A stretch of DNA of 61,722 nt, filler included. It is 5 parts of 5 records of this genome, joined end to end, with 100 filler letters (N's around TTAATTAATTAA, not from the genome) between each part and the next. Parts side by side here need not be neighbours in the genome. Positions count along the whole stretch, not along the records: positions 10,734 to 35,993 come from SRR2962707_1627; 4 more parts are not named here. One strand, written 5' to 3'. Shown here in pieces: positions 19,913 to 29,339 of the stretch. Made by a program: the position numbers and the translations under genes. Each line of letters starts with the position of its first letter. The first letter of the stretch is position 1. The notes under the pieces were generated by a model, which was given only the letters and a program-made list of their open reading frames with translations, did no database searches and was not told the DNA's origin.

Positions 19913-20788
19913 TCAGTTGAGGAGCCCTGCGCTCCGCATCGCGCCACGAACCTTTTCCTGCGTCGCGCTGCTTGCCGGCACGAGCGGCAGCCGCAACTCG
20001 TCCTCGCAGAAACCAAGCAGGCTCGCGGCATATTTCGCCGGAGCCGGATTGGGGTCGAGGAACAACGCATGATGAAGCGGCATCAGCCTGTCCTGTATCT
20101 CCAGCGCCTTCGCGTAATTGCCCGCAAGTGTCGCCTCCTGGAATTCGGCGCAAAGCGCGGGCGCGATATTCGCTGTCACTGAAATACAGCCAACCCCGCC
20201 ATGCGCGTTGAAGCCGAGCGCCGTCGCATCCTCGCCGGAGAGCTGACAGAACTCCGTGCCCATTTCCTGCCGCTGCAGGCTTACCCGCGCGAGGTTCGCC
20301 GTCGCGTCCTTCACGCCCACGATGTTCTTTAGCTCGAAGAGCCGCATCATGGTTTCGAGCGTGATGTCGACGATGGTCCGCCCCGGAATATTGTAGAGGA
20401 TAACCGGAATGTCGACCGCGTCGTTCACCGCCTTGAAGTGCCGGTAGATGCCTTCCTGCGACGGCTTGTTGTAGTAGCCGGTCACGCTCAAGACGGCGTC
20501 CGCGCCCGCCTCCTTGGCGAAGGCAGTAAGCTCGATGGCCTCGACCGTGTTGTTGGAACCCGCGCCCGCGATCACGGGCACACGGCCCCGCGCGGTCTCG
20601 ACGCAGAGTTGCACCACGCGCTTGTGCTCATCGTGGGAGAGCGTCGGCGACTCGCCGGTGGTTCCACAGGGAACCAGCCCGTGCGTCCCCTGCTCGATCT
20701 GCCATTCGACCAGTTTCACGAACGCAGCCTCATCCACCTTGCCGTTCTTGAACGGCGTTATGAGTGCGACGAACGATCCCTTGAACAT
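19913..20788 (-). CDS. dapA: 4-hydroxy-tetrahydrodipicolinate synthase
   Basis: [25 protein letters not shown]. Start MFKGS at 20788. Confidence 0.97.
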   Translation of the reverse strand: MFKGSFVALITPFKNGKVDEAAFVKLVEWQIEQGTHGLVPCGTTGESPTLSHDEHKRVVQLCVETARGRVPVIAGAGSNNTVEAIELTAFAKEAGADAVLSVTGYYNKPSQEGIYRHFKAVNDAVDIPVILYNIPGRTIVDITLETMMRLFELKNIVGVKDATANLARVSLQRQEMGTEFCQLSGEDATALGFNAHGGVGCISVTANIAPALCAEFQEATLAGNYAKALEIQDRLMPLHHALFLDPNPAPAKYAASLLGFCEDELRLPLVPASSATQEKVRGAMRSAGLLN

Positions 20789-21074
20789 GGCTTTTGGCTC
20801 CGTTGCCCCGATTAACATTGACGGGGTCTTTCCGGGGGGTCCCGAAGGCGCGCAACATAACCGTAAGTGCCATACCCGGCAAGAAAACTGCCCCCTTTAC
20901 CGCACCTGCCCTATTGCGGTGCACATAGGCGCATGAGTAGTCTCGGCATATAGATCGCTTGGCTGGCCGAGGCCCTTGCCGCCGGGCGATTCGATGGGCG
21001 AAAGACGGATCGAAGGCTCCCCCGCCGGGAATGGCCTGGAAGGATCTGGAAACCTCTGTTGTCGAGTTTACGCC

Positions 21075-23351
21075 GTGAAGGCTCTGTCCTTGGTGAAGTG
21101 TTCGCGTCTCGCGGCCGTTGCGGCCGCCGTCTCCATCGCTGTCTGCACGGTTGCGGAAGCGTCTGTCGTGCCGCTGGCGCGCCCCGGCGACGGCGTGCAG
21201 ACGGCCAGTGCCGCAGCGGTGGCTACCCCGGCCCGGCCCGCTTCGCCCGGCGCTTTTTCCGGGTTGAGCGCAACCGATATCGCTGCCTTGCGCGCTGCCT
21301 TTTCGGAATCGGATCGCGGCAAATGGCAAGCCGCCAGCACGTTCCTTACGGCGGTTTCCGATCCCGTCGCGGTCAAGCTCGTCACCTGGTCCCGCCTCAT
21401 CTCGGATGAAAGCACTGCCACTTTCGCGGAAATCGTCTCCTTCAAGGAGCAGAACCCCGACTGGCCGCGCATGTTCATCCTGGCTGCCCGGGCCGAAAGA
21501 GCGCTTCTCTCCTACCCGATGGCGGATGAAGACATCGTCGAATGGTTCGCCGCCAACCCGCCGCAGACCGGCGAAGGGCGGATTCGCTACGGCAAATCGC
21601 TGATCGAACTCGGCCGGGCGGACGAAGGCGCGGATTGGATTCGCCGCGCCTGGATCGAGAACGATTTCTCGTCCACCCGCCAGAGAGAAATTCTCGGCGT
21701 TTACGGCAAATATCTCACCACCGAAGCGCAGCAGGCCCGCCTCGCTCGTCTGCTCTGGGAGCAGCGCACCAGCGACGCGCGCACCACGGCCGCGCTTGTC
21801 GGCCAGGCCGAACGCGCGCTCGCCGATGCCCGCATTCAGTTCATCGCCGGGTCCAGCAAGGCACCCGCCGCCCTGTCGCAGGTTCCGGCACCCCTCCGCA
21901 CCGATGCCGGCCTTCTCTACGATCAGGTTCGCTATGAACGCCGCCGCGGCAATGAGCATACGGCCCTTCCCCTCCTGCTGACGGCGCCGACCGAACCGCA
22001 AGCGATGGTTCGTCCCGAGACGTGGTGGGTCGAGCGCAAGATTCTCGCCCGCAAGGCGCTGGCGGAAGGCATGTATATGCAGGCCTACCAGATCGCCGCC
22101 GGAAGCGGGCTCAGCGAGGGCGTCGACTTTGCCGAGGCCGAGTTCATGGCCGGCTGGGTCGCCCTCCAGTATCTGAACAAGCCCGACCTCGCGATCGGTC
22201 ATTTCCGCAAACTGAGCGCGGGCGTCTCGACCCCCATCAGCAAGTCGCGCGCCGAATACTGGTCTGGCCGTGCCACATCGGCCAAGGGCGCAAAGGACGA
22301 AGCCGCGAAATACTACGCGGCCGCCGCCGCCTATCCGACGACCTTCTACGGCCAGCTCGCAACGGCGGCGCTGGCAGGCGGCAGCGGTGACGGCAAGCTG
22401 CAGCTTCCCGACGATCCGGCAAAGACGGCCGGTCTGCAAAAGCGTTTCTCGGACCGGGAGCTCGTGCGCGCGGCACGCATCCTCAAGGACATAGACCGCG
22501 AGCGTGAACTCTGGACGATCATGCTCCATCTCGCCGACATCACCGATGACAGGGAGGAACTGGCTGCGCTTTCCGATCTGGCGCTGAGCTTCGGCGATCA
22601 AAAGCTGTCGCTCCGCATCGCCAAGGCGGCATCCCTCCGCAACATCGTGCTCACCCGGCACGCCTATCCGACCTCGGGCATGCCGAACTGGACCCACAAG
22701 GGCCCGCCTGTAGAGAAGGCGCTCGTCTACGGCTTGTCGCGCCAGGAAAGCGAGTTCGACCCAAACGCCTTGAGCCCCGCCGGTGCGCGCGGCCTCATGC
22801 AGCTCATGCCCGGCACCGCGCGCATCGTCGCCCGGCAGATCGGCGTTCCCTATTCGCCCGGCCGCCTCACCGACCCTGACTACAACGCAACGCTCGGCGC
22901 CGCCCATCTCGGCGACCTCGTTGAGAACGAGTTCAACGGCTCCTACATCATGAGCATTGCGGCCTACAATGCGGGCTCGTCCCGCGTCCGCCAGTGGGTG
23001 ACGAAATACGGCGATCCGCGCTCGACCGCCGTCGATCCCATCGACTGGATCGAAAACATTCCCTTCTCCGAAACCCGCAACTACGTGCAGCGTGTGATGG
23101 AGAACATGGAAGTCTATCGCGGCAGGCTGAGCGGCAAGGCTGAACAGGTCCGCATCGACGAGGACCTGCGGCGCTACGTGGGCGCGACGCCGATAACGAC
23201 GCCTCCCCCGACACCTACGCCGAGCAACGTGCCGCTTGCGCCGCCGTCTCTCGCCGCGCCGGTCATGACGCCCGCATCGGCGGCGCCCTCGCCCATGTCT
23301 CCGCCCGCAGATGCTGTCATGGCGCCCGTTGTCGAGGCGGAGGACCGCTGA
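21075..23351 (+). CDS. soluble lytic murein transglycosylase (Slt70-like)
   Basis: Signal peptide, superhelical region, catalytic RQESEF, GLMQLMP, AAYNAG, ETRNYV, Pro-rich tail. Start is uncertain (GTG 21075). Confidence 0.92.
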   Translation: MKALSLVKCSRLAAVAAAVSIAVCTVAEASVVPLARPGDGVQTASAAAVATPARPASPGAFSGLSATDIAALRAAFSESDRGKWQAASTFLTAVSDPVAVKLVTWSRLISDESTATFAEIVSFKEQNPDWPRMFILAARAERALLSYPMADEDIVEWFAANPPQTGEGRIRYGKSLIELGRADEGADWIRRAWIENDFSSTRQREILGVYGKYLTTEAQQARLARLLWEQRTSDARTTAALVGQAERALADARIQFIAGSSKAPAALSQVPAPLRTDAGLLYDQVRYERRRGNEHTALPLLLTAPTEPQAMVRPETWWVERKILARKALAEGMYMQAYQIAAGSGLSEGVDFAEAEFMAGWVALQYLNKPDLAIGHFRKLSAGVSTPISKSRAEYWSGRATSAKGAKDEAAKYYAAAAAYPTTFYGQLATAALAGGSGDGKLQLPDDPAKTAGLQKRFSDRELVRAARILKDIDRERELWTIMLHLADITDDREELAALSDLALSFGDQKLSLRIAKAASLRNIVLTRHAYPTSGMPNWTHKGPPVEKALVYGLSRQESEFDPNALSPAGARGLMQLMPGTARIVARQIGVPYSPGRLTDPDYNATLGAAHLGDLVENEFNGSYIMSIAAYNAGSSRVRQWVTKYGDPRSTAVDPIDWIENIPFSETRNYVQRVMENMEVYRGRLSGKAEQVRIDEDLRRYVGATPITTPPPTPTPSNVPLAPPSLAAPVMTPASAAPSPMSPPADAVMAPVVEAEDR

Positions 23352-23429
23352 GCGACAGGCCGCATCGGCGCTTGCCGCTCACGCGAGGCTCGCTCATGAT
23401 CGCCCTCCCGAAAACGCCGGAGCATCGTC

Positions 23430-24302
23430 ATGGCCGCAGCCCATCGTGAACTCTTCTACACAAGTCAGGATGGTCTGAAGCTCTACGCGCGCGACTATGG
23501 CGAACGCACGGCCCCCGGCACGCCCGTCATCTGCCTGCCCGGCCTCACCCGCAATTCAAAGGATTTCGAACCGCTGGCCGCGCACCTCTCCGCGCGCCAT
23601 CGCGTGCTCTGTCCCGATTTCCGGGGCCGTGGCCGCTCCGAATATTGCGACAACTGGGCGGACTACACGCCCGTCCACGAAATGATGGACACGCTCGATC
23701 TGATGGGGGCGGCCGGCATCGGCCATGCGATCTTCATTGGTACGTCGCGCGGCGGCATCGTCACCATGGCGCTCGCCACCTTCCGGCCGAACGTCATCAA
23801 GGCGGCGATCCTGAATGACGTCGGCCCCGAGGTCGACAAGAAAGGCATCGAACGGATCGCCGGTTATGTCGGCGTGATGGAGGTGCCCGCCACATGGGAT
23901 GAGGCGGCGGTGAAACTCCGCGTCATGAACGAGCGCGAGTTCCCGAACCTCACCAGCGAACAGTGGCGCGACTTCTCCCGCCGTACCTTTACCGAGGAAC
24001 ATGGCGCGCCGAAGGCCGACTACGACCCGAAAATCGGCACCGCCATGCGCAAGGGCCTCGAAGCCTCCAAGGGGGAAGTGCCCACCATGTGGCCGCAGTT
24101 CGGCTCGCTCGCACAAATGCCTCTCCTCGTGGTGCGGGGCGAGAACTCGGATCTTCTTAGCGCCGATATCGTCGAGCGCATGAAAGCGGCGCACCCCACC
24201 ATGAAATCGGTAACGGCGAAGGATCGCGGCCACGCGCCCTTCCTCGACGAACCCGAAGTGCTCGCCGCAATCGACGAGTTCATCGCCGCCGAAGGCCTCT
24301 AG
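23430..24302 (+). CDS. alpha/beta hydrolase
   Basis: LPGLTRN, GTSRGG nucleophile elbow, GHAP catalytic His. Confidence 0.9.
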   Translation: MAAAHRELFYTSQDGLKLYARDYGERTAPGTPVICLPGLTRNSKDFEPLAAHLSARHRVLCPDFRGRGRSEYCDNWADYTPVHEMMDTLDLMGAAGIGHAIFIGTSRGGIVTMALATFRPNVIKAAILNDVGPEVDKKGIERIAGYVGVMEVPATWDEAAVKLRVMNEREFPNLTSEQWRDFSRRTFTEEHGAPKADYDPKIGTAMRKGLEASKGEVPTMWPQFGSLAQMPLLVVRGENSDLLSADIVERMKAAHPTMKSVTAKDRGHAPFLDEPEVLAAIDEFIAAEGL

Positions 24303-25009
24303 CCTCTGGTCAGCTTCAGCATCCGCGTCGCTCCCCGTTGAAACTCGAACGGCACCTCCACAAGCTCCGCTCTCACGCCCTCGCCACGCAGGACACCCAT
24401 CGCACCCGGCAGATGGCTTGAAGGCAAACCGTCCAGGTTGACAAGCGGAAAGACGCGCACCTCCTCCGCTACCCGCAGAAGCTCGCGAAGCGATGCGACA
24501 TGAAAGGCGAAGTCGAGATCATCGCCATAGAGAAACAGGAGATGCGAGGACAATGCGAGCCGGAACGCCCCGTCCGCAAAGGGAAGCGCGGGCAGCGATG
24601 CAGGCACGTATCTTCCTTCATGCCTGCCGGCATCGAAATCATCGAGAAAGAGATCGAGCGCCTCGCGTCGGAGCCGGTGCACCGCCTCCTCCGACCCGTA
24701 ATGTGACCAGTTGAAGCGATAGGCCGCCTGTCTCATGCCCGTCCGCATCGCCGTCGCGGTTTCCTCGAAACGCCGCCGGATATCGGCGCCGCTCAACCCA
24801 TAGATCGGATCGGCAGCCGTAACGGAGAGCCCTGTCCCGTGGGCTTCCGCCGCGAAGGAAGAAGGCCCACCCCCCGCATCGAGCACCGGCACAAGCGAGG
24901 CCAGATCGTCCAGCGCGAAGAACACGGCATATTCCCGAAAGCGCCGCCCCCAGGGCACGACGCCACCGAGATCGAATTCCCGCGCGGAACCCACTTCGGA
25001 CGTCTTCAT
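24299..25009 (-). CDS. uncharacterized class I SAM-dependent methyltransferase-like protein
   Basis: VLDAGGGPSSF motif I, AADP, LPFADGAFRLALSSHLLFLY. GGAGGAG RBS precedes the ATG at 25009. Confidence 0.8.
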   Translation of the reverse strand: MKTSEVGSAREFDLGGVVPWGRRFREYAVFFALDDLASLVPVLDAGGGPSSFAAEAHGTGLSVTAADPIYGLSGADIRRRFEETATAMRTGMRQAAYRFNWSHYGSEEAVHRLRREALDLFLDDFDAGRHEGRYVPASLPALPFADGAFRLALSSHLLFLYGDDLDFAFHVASLRELLRVAEEVRVFPLVNLDGLPSSHLPGAMGVLRGEGVRAELVEVPFEFQRGATRMLKLTRG

Positions 25010-25078
25010 CTTTCTCTCCTCCATAAGGGCGGCTCGAAGGCCGTGCCCGCCGGAGGCGTTTTTCATTTGGATACCCGC

Positions 25079-25112
25079 AAACGAAAAGGCCGCCTCCTTG
25101 CGGGGCGGCCTT
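25079..25112 (-). terminator. attenuator terminator hairpin (3:4)
   Basis: Minus strand AAGGCCGCCCC-GCAA-GGAGGCGGCCTT-TTCGTTT. Confidence 0.85.
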
Positions 25113-25150
25113 GTCCGGTTTGATCGTCAGACGACGGAACGGGCCACCCT

Positions 25151-25195
25151 TCAGGTGGTCCACCAGTTGCCGTTTGCAATGCGCGTCGCGCTCAT
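25151..25195 (-). CDS. TrpL-like leader peptide MSATRIANGNWWTT (14 aa)
   Basis: ATG AGC GCG ACG CGC ATT GCA AAC GGC AAC TGG TGG ACC ACC TGA. GAGGA RBS 7 nt upstream; followed by mutually exclusive antiterminator and terminator stems. Confidence 0.8.
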   Translation of the reverse strand: MSATRIANGNWWTT

Positions 25196-25234
25196 CTTCC
25201 GATCCTCATTGCCGGAACCGTTCCGGCGCAGGAA

Positions 25235-25263
25235 AATCTAGTCCCGGCTGCTCACTTTGCCAA
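25235..25263 (-). promoter_or_regulatory. sigma70-like promoter of the leader
   Basis: Minus strand TTGGCA-N17-TAGATT, overlapping the sdmt stop codon region. Confidence 0.55.
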
Positions 25264-26091
25264 GCGGTAATGCATGACGCCCCAAGCGAGATAGCCCTTG
25301 TCGGCGCCATCCACCCAGCGCTCCAGACCCTTGATCATGTTGTCGAGATAGGTCGTGCTGGAGCCCTTGGTCAACCGCTCGTAATTCGCCTTCAGTTCCT
25401 CGCCCACGCGCCAGTAGTGGCGGCGAAGCTGATGCGTCATTTCGTTCACGTCTACCTTCTCGAAACCGCGCGATGTCAGCTCCTTGTCGTAGAAGCCGAA
25501 GCTGCCGAGCGTTTCGAGGTGAATGCGGTCGAGGATCGGCTGCAACACGCCGTCAGGGCAATCGTCGGACTGCATCGGGTCGGTGAAGATGAACTGCCCG
25601 CCCGGCTTCAGCACGCGCCTTACTTCGTCGAGCACGCGCGGCCTGTTGCCGCTATGCAGGATCGCGTCCTGCGACCAAACAACATCAATGCTGTTGTCGT
25701 CCGCCGGAATGGCCTCGAAGTCGCCATGCAGCACTTCGATCTTGTCGTCGAGGCCGGCCTTCTTGTTCAGTTCCCGGTTGAGCTTGTTCTGCGTCTCGCT
25801 GATGTTCACGCAAACGACCTTGCAGCCATAGGTCTTCACGAGATACCGCGCCGCGCCGCCATAGCCTGCGCCGATGTCGAGCACCGTGGTGTTTTCATCC
25901 ACGCCCTTGAGCATCGAGGCGAGCGTCTCGTCGTTGCGGTGGCTCGCGGGGATGATCGGCTCGTTGTCGTCCTTGTACATCCCGATATGGATGTCTTCGC
26001 CACCCCAGATCGTGAAGTAGAACGAATCCGCATCCGGGCTGTCGTAATAGGCTTCGGCCTGAGCGACCGCGTTCGATTTACTCGTCGCCAT
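25252..26091 (-). CDS. sarcosine/dimethylglycine N-methyltransferase (SDMT)
   Basis: YYDSPDADSFY..IWGGEDIHIG, VLDIGAGYGG, WSQDAILH, FTDPM. Overlaps the GSMT gene by 14 nt. Confidence 0.9.
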   Translation of the reverse strand: MATSKSNAVAQAEAYYDSPDADSFYFTIWGGEDIHIGMYKDDNEPIIPASHRNDETLASMLKGVDENTTVLDIGAGYGGAARYLVKTYGCKVVCVNISETQNKLNRELNKKAGLDDKIEVLHGDFEAIPADDNSIDVVWSQDAILHSGNRPRVLDEVRRVLKPGGQFIFTDPMQSDDCPDGVLQPILDRIHLETLGSFGFYDKELTSRGFEKVDVNEMTHQLRRHYWRVGEELKANYERLTKGSSTTYLDNMIKGLERWVDGADKGYLAWGVMHYRLAK

Positions 26092-26890
26092 GGTAAGTCT
26101 TCTCCGCAACGTGAACAAAGAAATCGGCTTCTTCGTCTTTGTAGGTTTCCTGGAAGTCGCCATAGGTGTCGACCTTCTGGAATCCGATCTCGTGCATCAG
26201 CTTGCGTGTGTAGTTCTTGCGCAGCGGAAACATGTTGAGATGGTAAACGCTCTTGTCGGGGAACGTGTACTGGAAGCGCGCAAGTGAATCGTCGACATGC
26301 TCCGGCTCCGCCGTTACCTGGTCGCCGCAATAATAATATTTGTGCTTCGAGCTGAATCCCCGGTCAAGAATCGCATCGTAGTTGCGCTGGTCGAGGATCA
26401 GGATACCGTCATGCTTCAGCGCGGCGTAGAACTCCGCCAGCGCGCGGCGCCGGTCGCGTTCTTCGAAGAGATGCGTGAAGGAATTGCCGAGGCAGATGAT
26501 CGCGTCGAATTTTCCATGCACGTCCTTGTTCAGCCAGCGCCAGTCCGCATGAACCGTCTGCATGACGAAGCCATGATCGCGCGAATTGGTAAACGCCTTG
26601 GAAAGCATTTCCGCGCTGCCGTCGACGCTGGTGACGTCGAAACCAGCTTTCAGCAACTGCACCGAGTTGAAGCCTGTGCCCGTCGCGACGTCGAGAATCT
26701 TGTGCTTTCCGCGCTCTTTCAGGATGTCGATGAAGAAGCGCCCCTCGCTCTCCGCGCGGCTGTCCCAGTCGATCAGGTCGTCCCACTTCTCAACGAAGGA
26801 TTCGGTGTATTCGTGCTGATAGTGGTCCGTCTCACGCATCGCGAGTGGATCGTCGCCGAATTCTTGTTGTTTTTTCTTGAGTTGGTCCAT
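26078..26890 (-). CDS. glycine/sarcosine N-methyltransferase (GSMT)
   Basis: FVEKWDDLIDW, ILDVATGTGF, ICLGNSFTHL, DQRNYD, YYYCG, TYGDFQETY are typical of GSMT of betaine-synthesising halophiles. Confidence 0.92.
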   Translation of the reverse strand: MDQLKKKQQEFGDDPLAMRETDHYQHEYTESFVEKWDDLIDWDSRAESEGRFFIDILKERGKHKILDVATGTGFNSVQLLKAGFDVTSVDGSAEMLSKAFTNSRDHGFVMQTVHADWRWLNKDVHGKFDAIICLGNSFTHLFEERDRRRALAEFYAALKHDGILILDQRNYDAILDRGFSSKHKYYYCGDQVTAEPEHVDDSLARFQYTFPDKSVYHLNMFPLRKNYTRKLMHEIGFQKVDTYGDFQETYKDEEADFFVHVAEKTYHGDE

Positions 26891-27277
26891 GATCGCGTTC
26901 CTTCAGGAAATGGCGACGGCTTCGCTCGCGCGCATGTCACCGCCAAAAGCACAAACGGCGCCGGCTGAATCGCCGCCGGCAACCTATGAAATCGGTTTCG
27001 AAAGCCCGCATTTGGTAAGCCGCGCACATGCGCGAAACGGGCCGTATCCAATGTGCCCGCAGGGCGCGCGGCAAGGCAGCAAGGCTGCAGGATACGACTG
27101 TGGACAGCGCTACATGCTTCAAAGATGTAGCGTATGAAATGCCCTCACAGCGAGTGCAAGCTAACAAAGCACGCCTCAGCTAGCAACCGTGACACGCGAA
27201 TTTCACGAAAACCGTTGTAACAGCTGTATTTTTCGGCTTTCGCTATAAAAATGGGAACTCACACAACGCTCATGCGT

Positions 27278-28456
27278 TTATTCATGTTCCTCGACAATTC
27301 CACCGATAGGCGCGCGATCTCGCGTCATCGTGGCGCTGCGCACCTGCGGTAGAGAATCGGGATGCGTGTCGCGAATCCATGAAACCAGCCTCTCCCGCAC
27401 ATCGCATCTGAGATCCCACGCTTCGGGCGATGTCCGCGCGCTCACCAGCGCACGAATCTCGATGGTGCGATCCGTAGCATCCGTCACCTGAATCACCGCG
27501 ACCTTTCCGTCCCAGAGCGGCATCTTCTTCACAATCTCCGTCAGATAGCCGCGCAGCGCATCGACAGGCAGCGTGTAGTCGGCATGCAGGAAGACCGTGC
27601 CGATGATCGACGCAGTTTCCCGCGTCCAGTTCGTGAACGGTTTCTGGATGAAATAGGACAGAGGCACAATCAGCCGCCGCCAGTCCCAGATGCGGATCAC
27701 CACGTAAGTACCGGTGATTTCCTCGATCCAGCCCCACTCCCCTTCGATCACAACGGCATCGTCGATGCGGATCGGCTGCGTCACGGCGATCTGTATGCCC
27801 GCGATCAGGTTCTCGAGCACCGGCCGCGCCGCAAATCCGAGCACGAGCCCCGCCGCACCGGCCGACGCAAATATGCTGACGCCGTACTGGCGCACGGATT
27901 CGAACGTCATCAGCCCTGCTCCGAGCGCGAGCAGCACGATCATCGTATCCGCCACCCGGCGCAAAATCCGGATCTGCGTCACCTGCTTGCGAGCGTTCAG
28001 ATTGTCTTCGACATCGATGCGAAACCGGCTGAGATAAATGTCGCTCGCGATGTGAACGGCCGATATCGCCGTCCAGCCCAGAATGGCGAAGAGGCTCGCT
28101 CCCAGAATGGAACTGAGAAGAGATCGCGTGTCATCGTCGAGCGGCGCCGCCTGCGCAACGATTGCGCAAACGACGAAAATGGCGATGACGCGCGTCAACG
28201 CCTGTGTTCGCTTCAGCAGCGCCTGAACATATATCGCGCGCCCTGAAAATGCCGCCGTCAGCAGCTTAATCGCAATACCATGCAGAAGGATTGCGATAGC
28301 CGCCGCAAACACCAGCAGCAGAGCGGTCGCCGCCCATGCAGGCATCCAGCCGACCAGTCCGTAGAGGGGCGCAACCTGCCTGTCCGCCAAATCGAAGTTC
28401 CGTTTCTGAAAGCCGAAGCGATACAGATAGTCTAGGTCTCCGTGCCCCGGCGGCAA
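27278..28456 (-). CDS. MscS-family mechanosensitive channel
   Basis: TM helices, ASAGAAGLVLGFAA, NLIAG.Q...QPIRIDD, WDWRRLIVP. Start is uncertain (alternative 28345). Confidence 0.9.
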   Translation of the reverse strand: MPPGHGDLDYLYRFGFQKRNFDLADRQVAPLYGLVGWMPAWAATALLLVFAAAIAILLHGIAIKLLTAAFSGRAIYVQALLKRTQALTRVIAIFVVCAIVAQAAPLDDDTRSLLSSILGASLFAILGWTAISAVHIASDIYLSRFRIDVEDNLNARKQVTQIRILRRVADTMIVLLALGAGLMTFESVRQYGVSIFASAGAAGLVLGFAARPVLENLIAGIQIAVTQPIRIDDAVVIEGEWGWIEEITGTYVVIRIWDWRRLIVPLSYFIQKPFTNWTRETASIIGTVFLHADYTLPVDALRGYLTEIVKKMPLWDGKVAVIQVTDATDRTIEIRALVSARTSPEAWDLRCDVRERLVSWIRDTHPDSLPQVRSATMTRDRAPIGGIVEEHE

Positions 28457-28472
28457 GTGCGCCCGGCCGCAT

Positions 28473-29228
28473 TCACTCGCTTGCCTGGAGCATGCGCCCG
28501 TTCAGCGGATGTGTCGGCCGGTTGTTCCGTCCAAGCGTGGCGGCAAACCGCGACAGCACATGCGGCTCCGTCGTGACCGGCGATTTCAGCACGACCCAGC
28601 GCACACCCTCGCTGCAAGGCGGCGTCGTCAGCGATCCGTCGAACGAAATATATCCGGTCTCCTCGGGAAGAAAATCGCGGGGATTGACCGCCGGACCCAT
28701 CGCCTCGGGCTCGCCTGCCTGTTCCGGGATTGGCAGAGTGTCTATCGGCCCCGCAGCGCCGCCACGCACCATCACGGCAACCACTGCCAGTTGCCCCTCG
28801 GCGTTCCGGTGAACGAAATGAGCTTCGAGCGGATAGTGCAATCCCTCGAATGTCGTCTCGCTCGGTGTGTGAAAGTGAAACTGAAGCAGTTCGTAGCTGC
28901 CGTCGCCGAATGTCAGTTCATTGCCCGGCGCGGCATTCACCTGCACCGTATGTCCGTTATTGACGATACTCGCCTCGCCCGCCTCGTAGTCGAAGGATAT
29001 CGGCGTCGACGACGCAGCCATCTCGCCCGATATGTCGATGGGCGATTGCTGGCGCCCCGCCGCGCATGACGAGAAATCCGGGTTGATACCGGCCCAGCGT
29101 TCCGGCCCGAGATCGAGCCCGTAGTCCCAGGTGCGATGCTCTTCGCTCTCCGCGCGCAAGCCGTTCGCTCCGGCCGAAATTGCCGCGATCACACAGATGG
29201 CGAGTACCGCAGATACCGGCGATTTCAT
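28473..29228 (-). CDS. periplasmic alpha-carbonic anhydrase
   Basis: Signal peptide; QSPIDI, NNGHT, QFHFH, EAHFVH zinc ligands; GSLTTPPCSEGV. Confidence 0.93.
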   Translation of the reverse strand: MKSPVSAVLAICVIAAISAGANGLRAESEEHRTWDYGLDLGPERWAGINPDFSSCAAGRQQSPIDISGEMAASSTPISFDYEAGEASIVNNGHTVQVNAAPGNELTFGDGSYELLQFHFHTPSETTFEGLHYPLEAHFVHRNAEGQLAVVAVMVRGGAAGPIDTLPIPEQAGEPEAMGPAVNPRDFLPEETGYISFDGSLTTPPCSEGVRWVVLKSPVTTEPHVLSRFAATLGRNNRPTHPLNGRMLQASE

Positions 29229-29339
29229 TGAACACCCCCAATTGCCCCATTGATTGCACCCGCTTCATGTTAACGGGACAAAGCAACGAATGGGAGCAAA
29301 GCGCAAGTCGTTCCGCAGCCGGATCATGCGGTATGAAGG

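Noticed and set aside
20730-22907. Long antisense ORFs (725 aa here; also 8570-10198, 14712-16013, 29697-31004, 49558-51252)
   Set aside because: They are shadows of well-supported genes on the opposite strand, expected in high-GC DNA, with no recognizable motifs.
1-26890. Betaine cycle linking the dimethylglycine dehydrogenase-like gene (contig 1) with GSMT/SDMT (contig 2)
   Set aside because: They are on different contigs, possibly different organisms. The adjacency is artificial.
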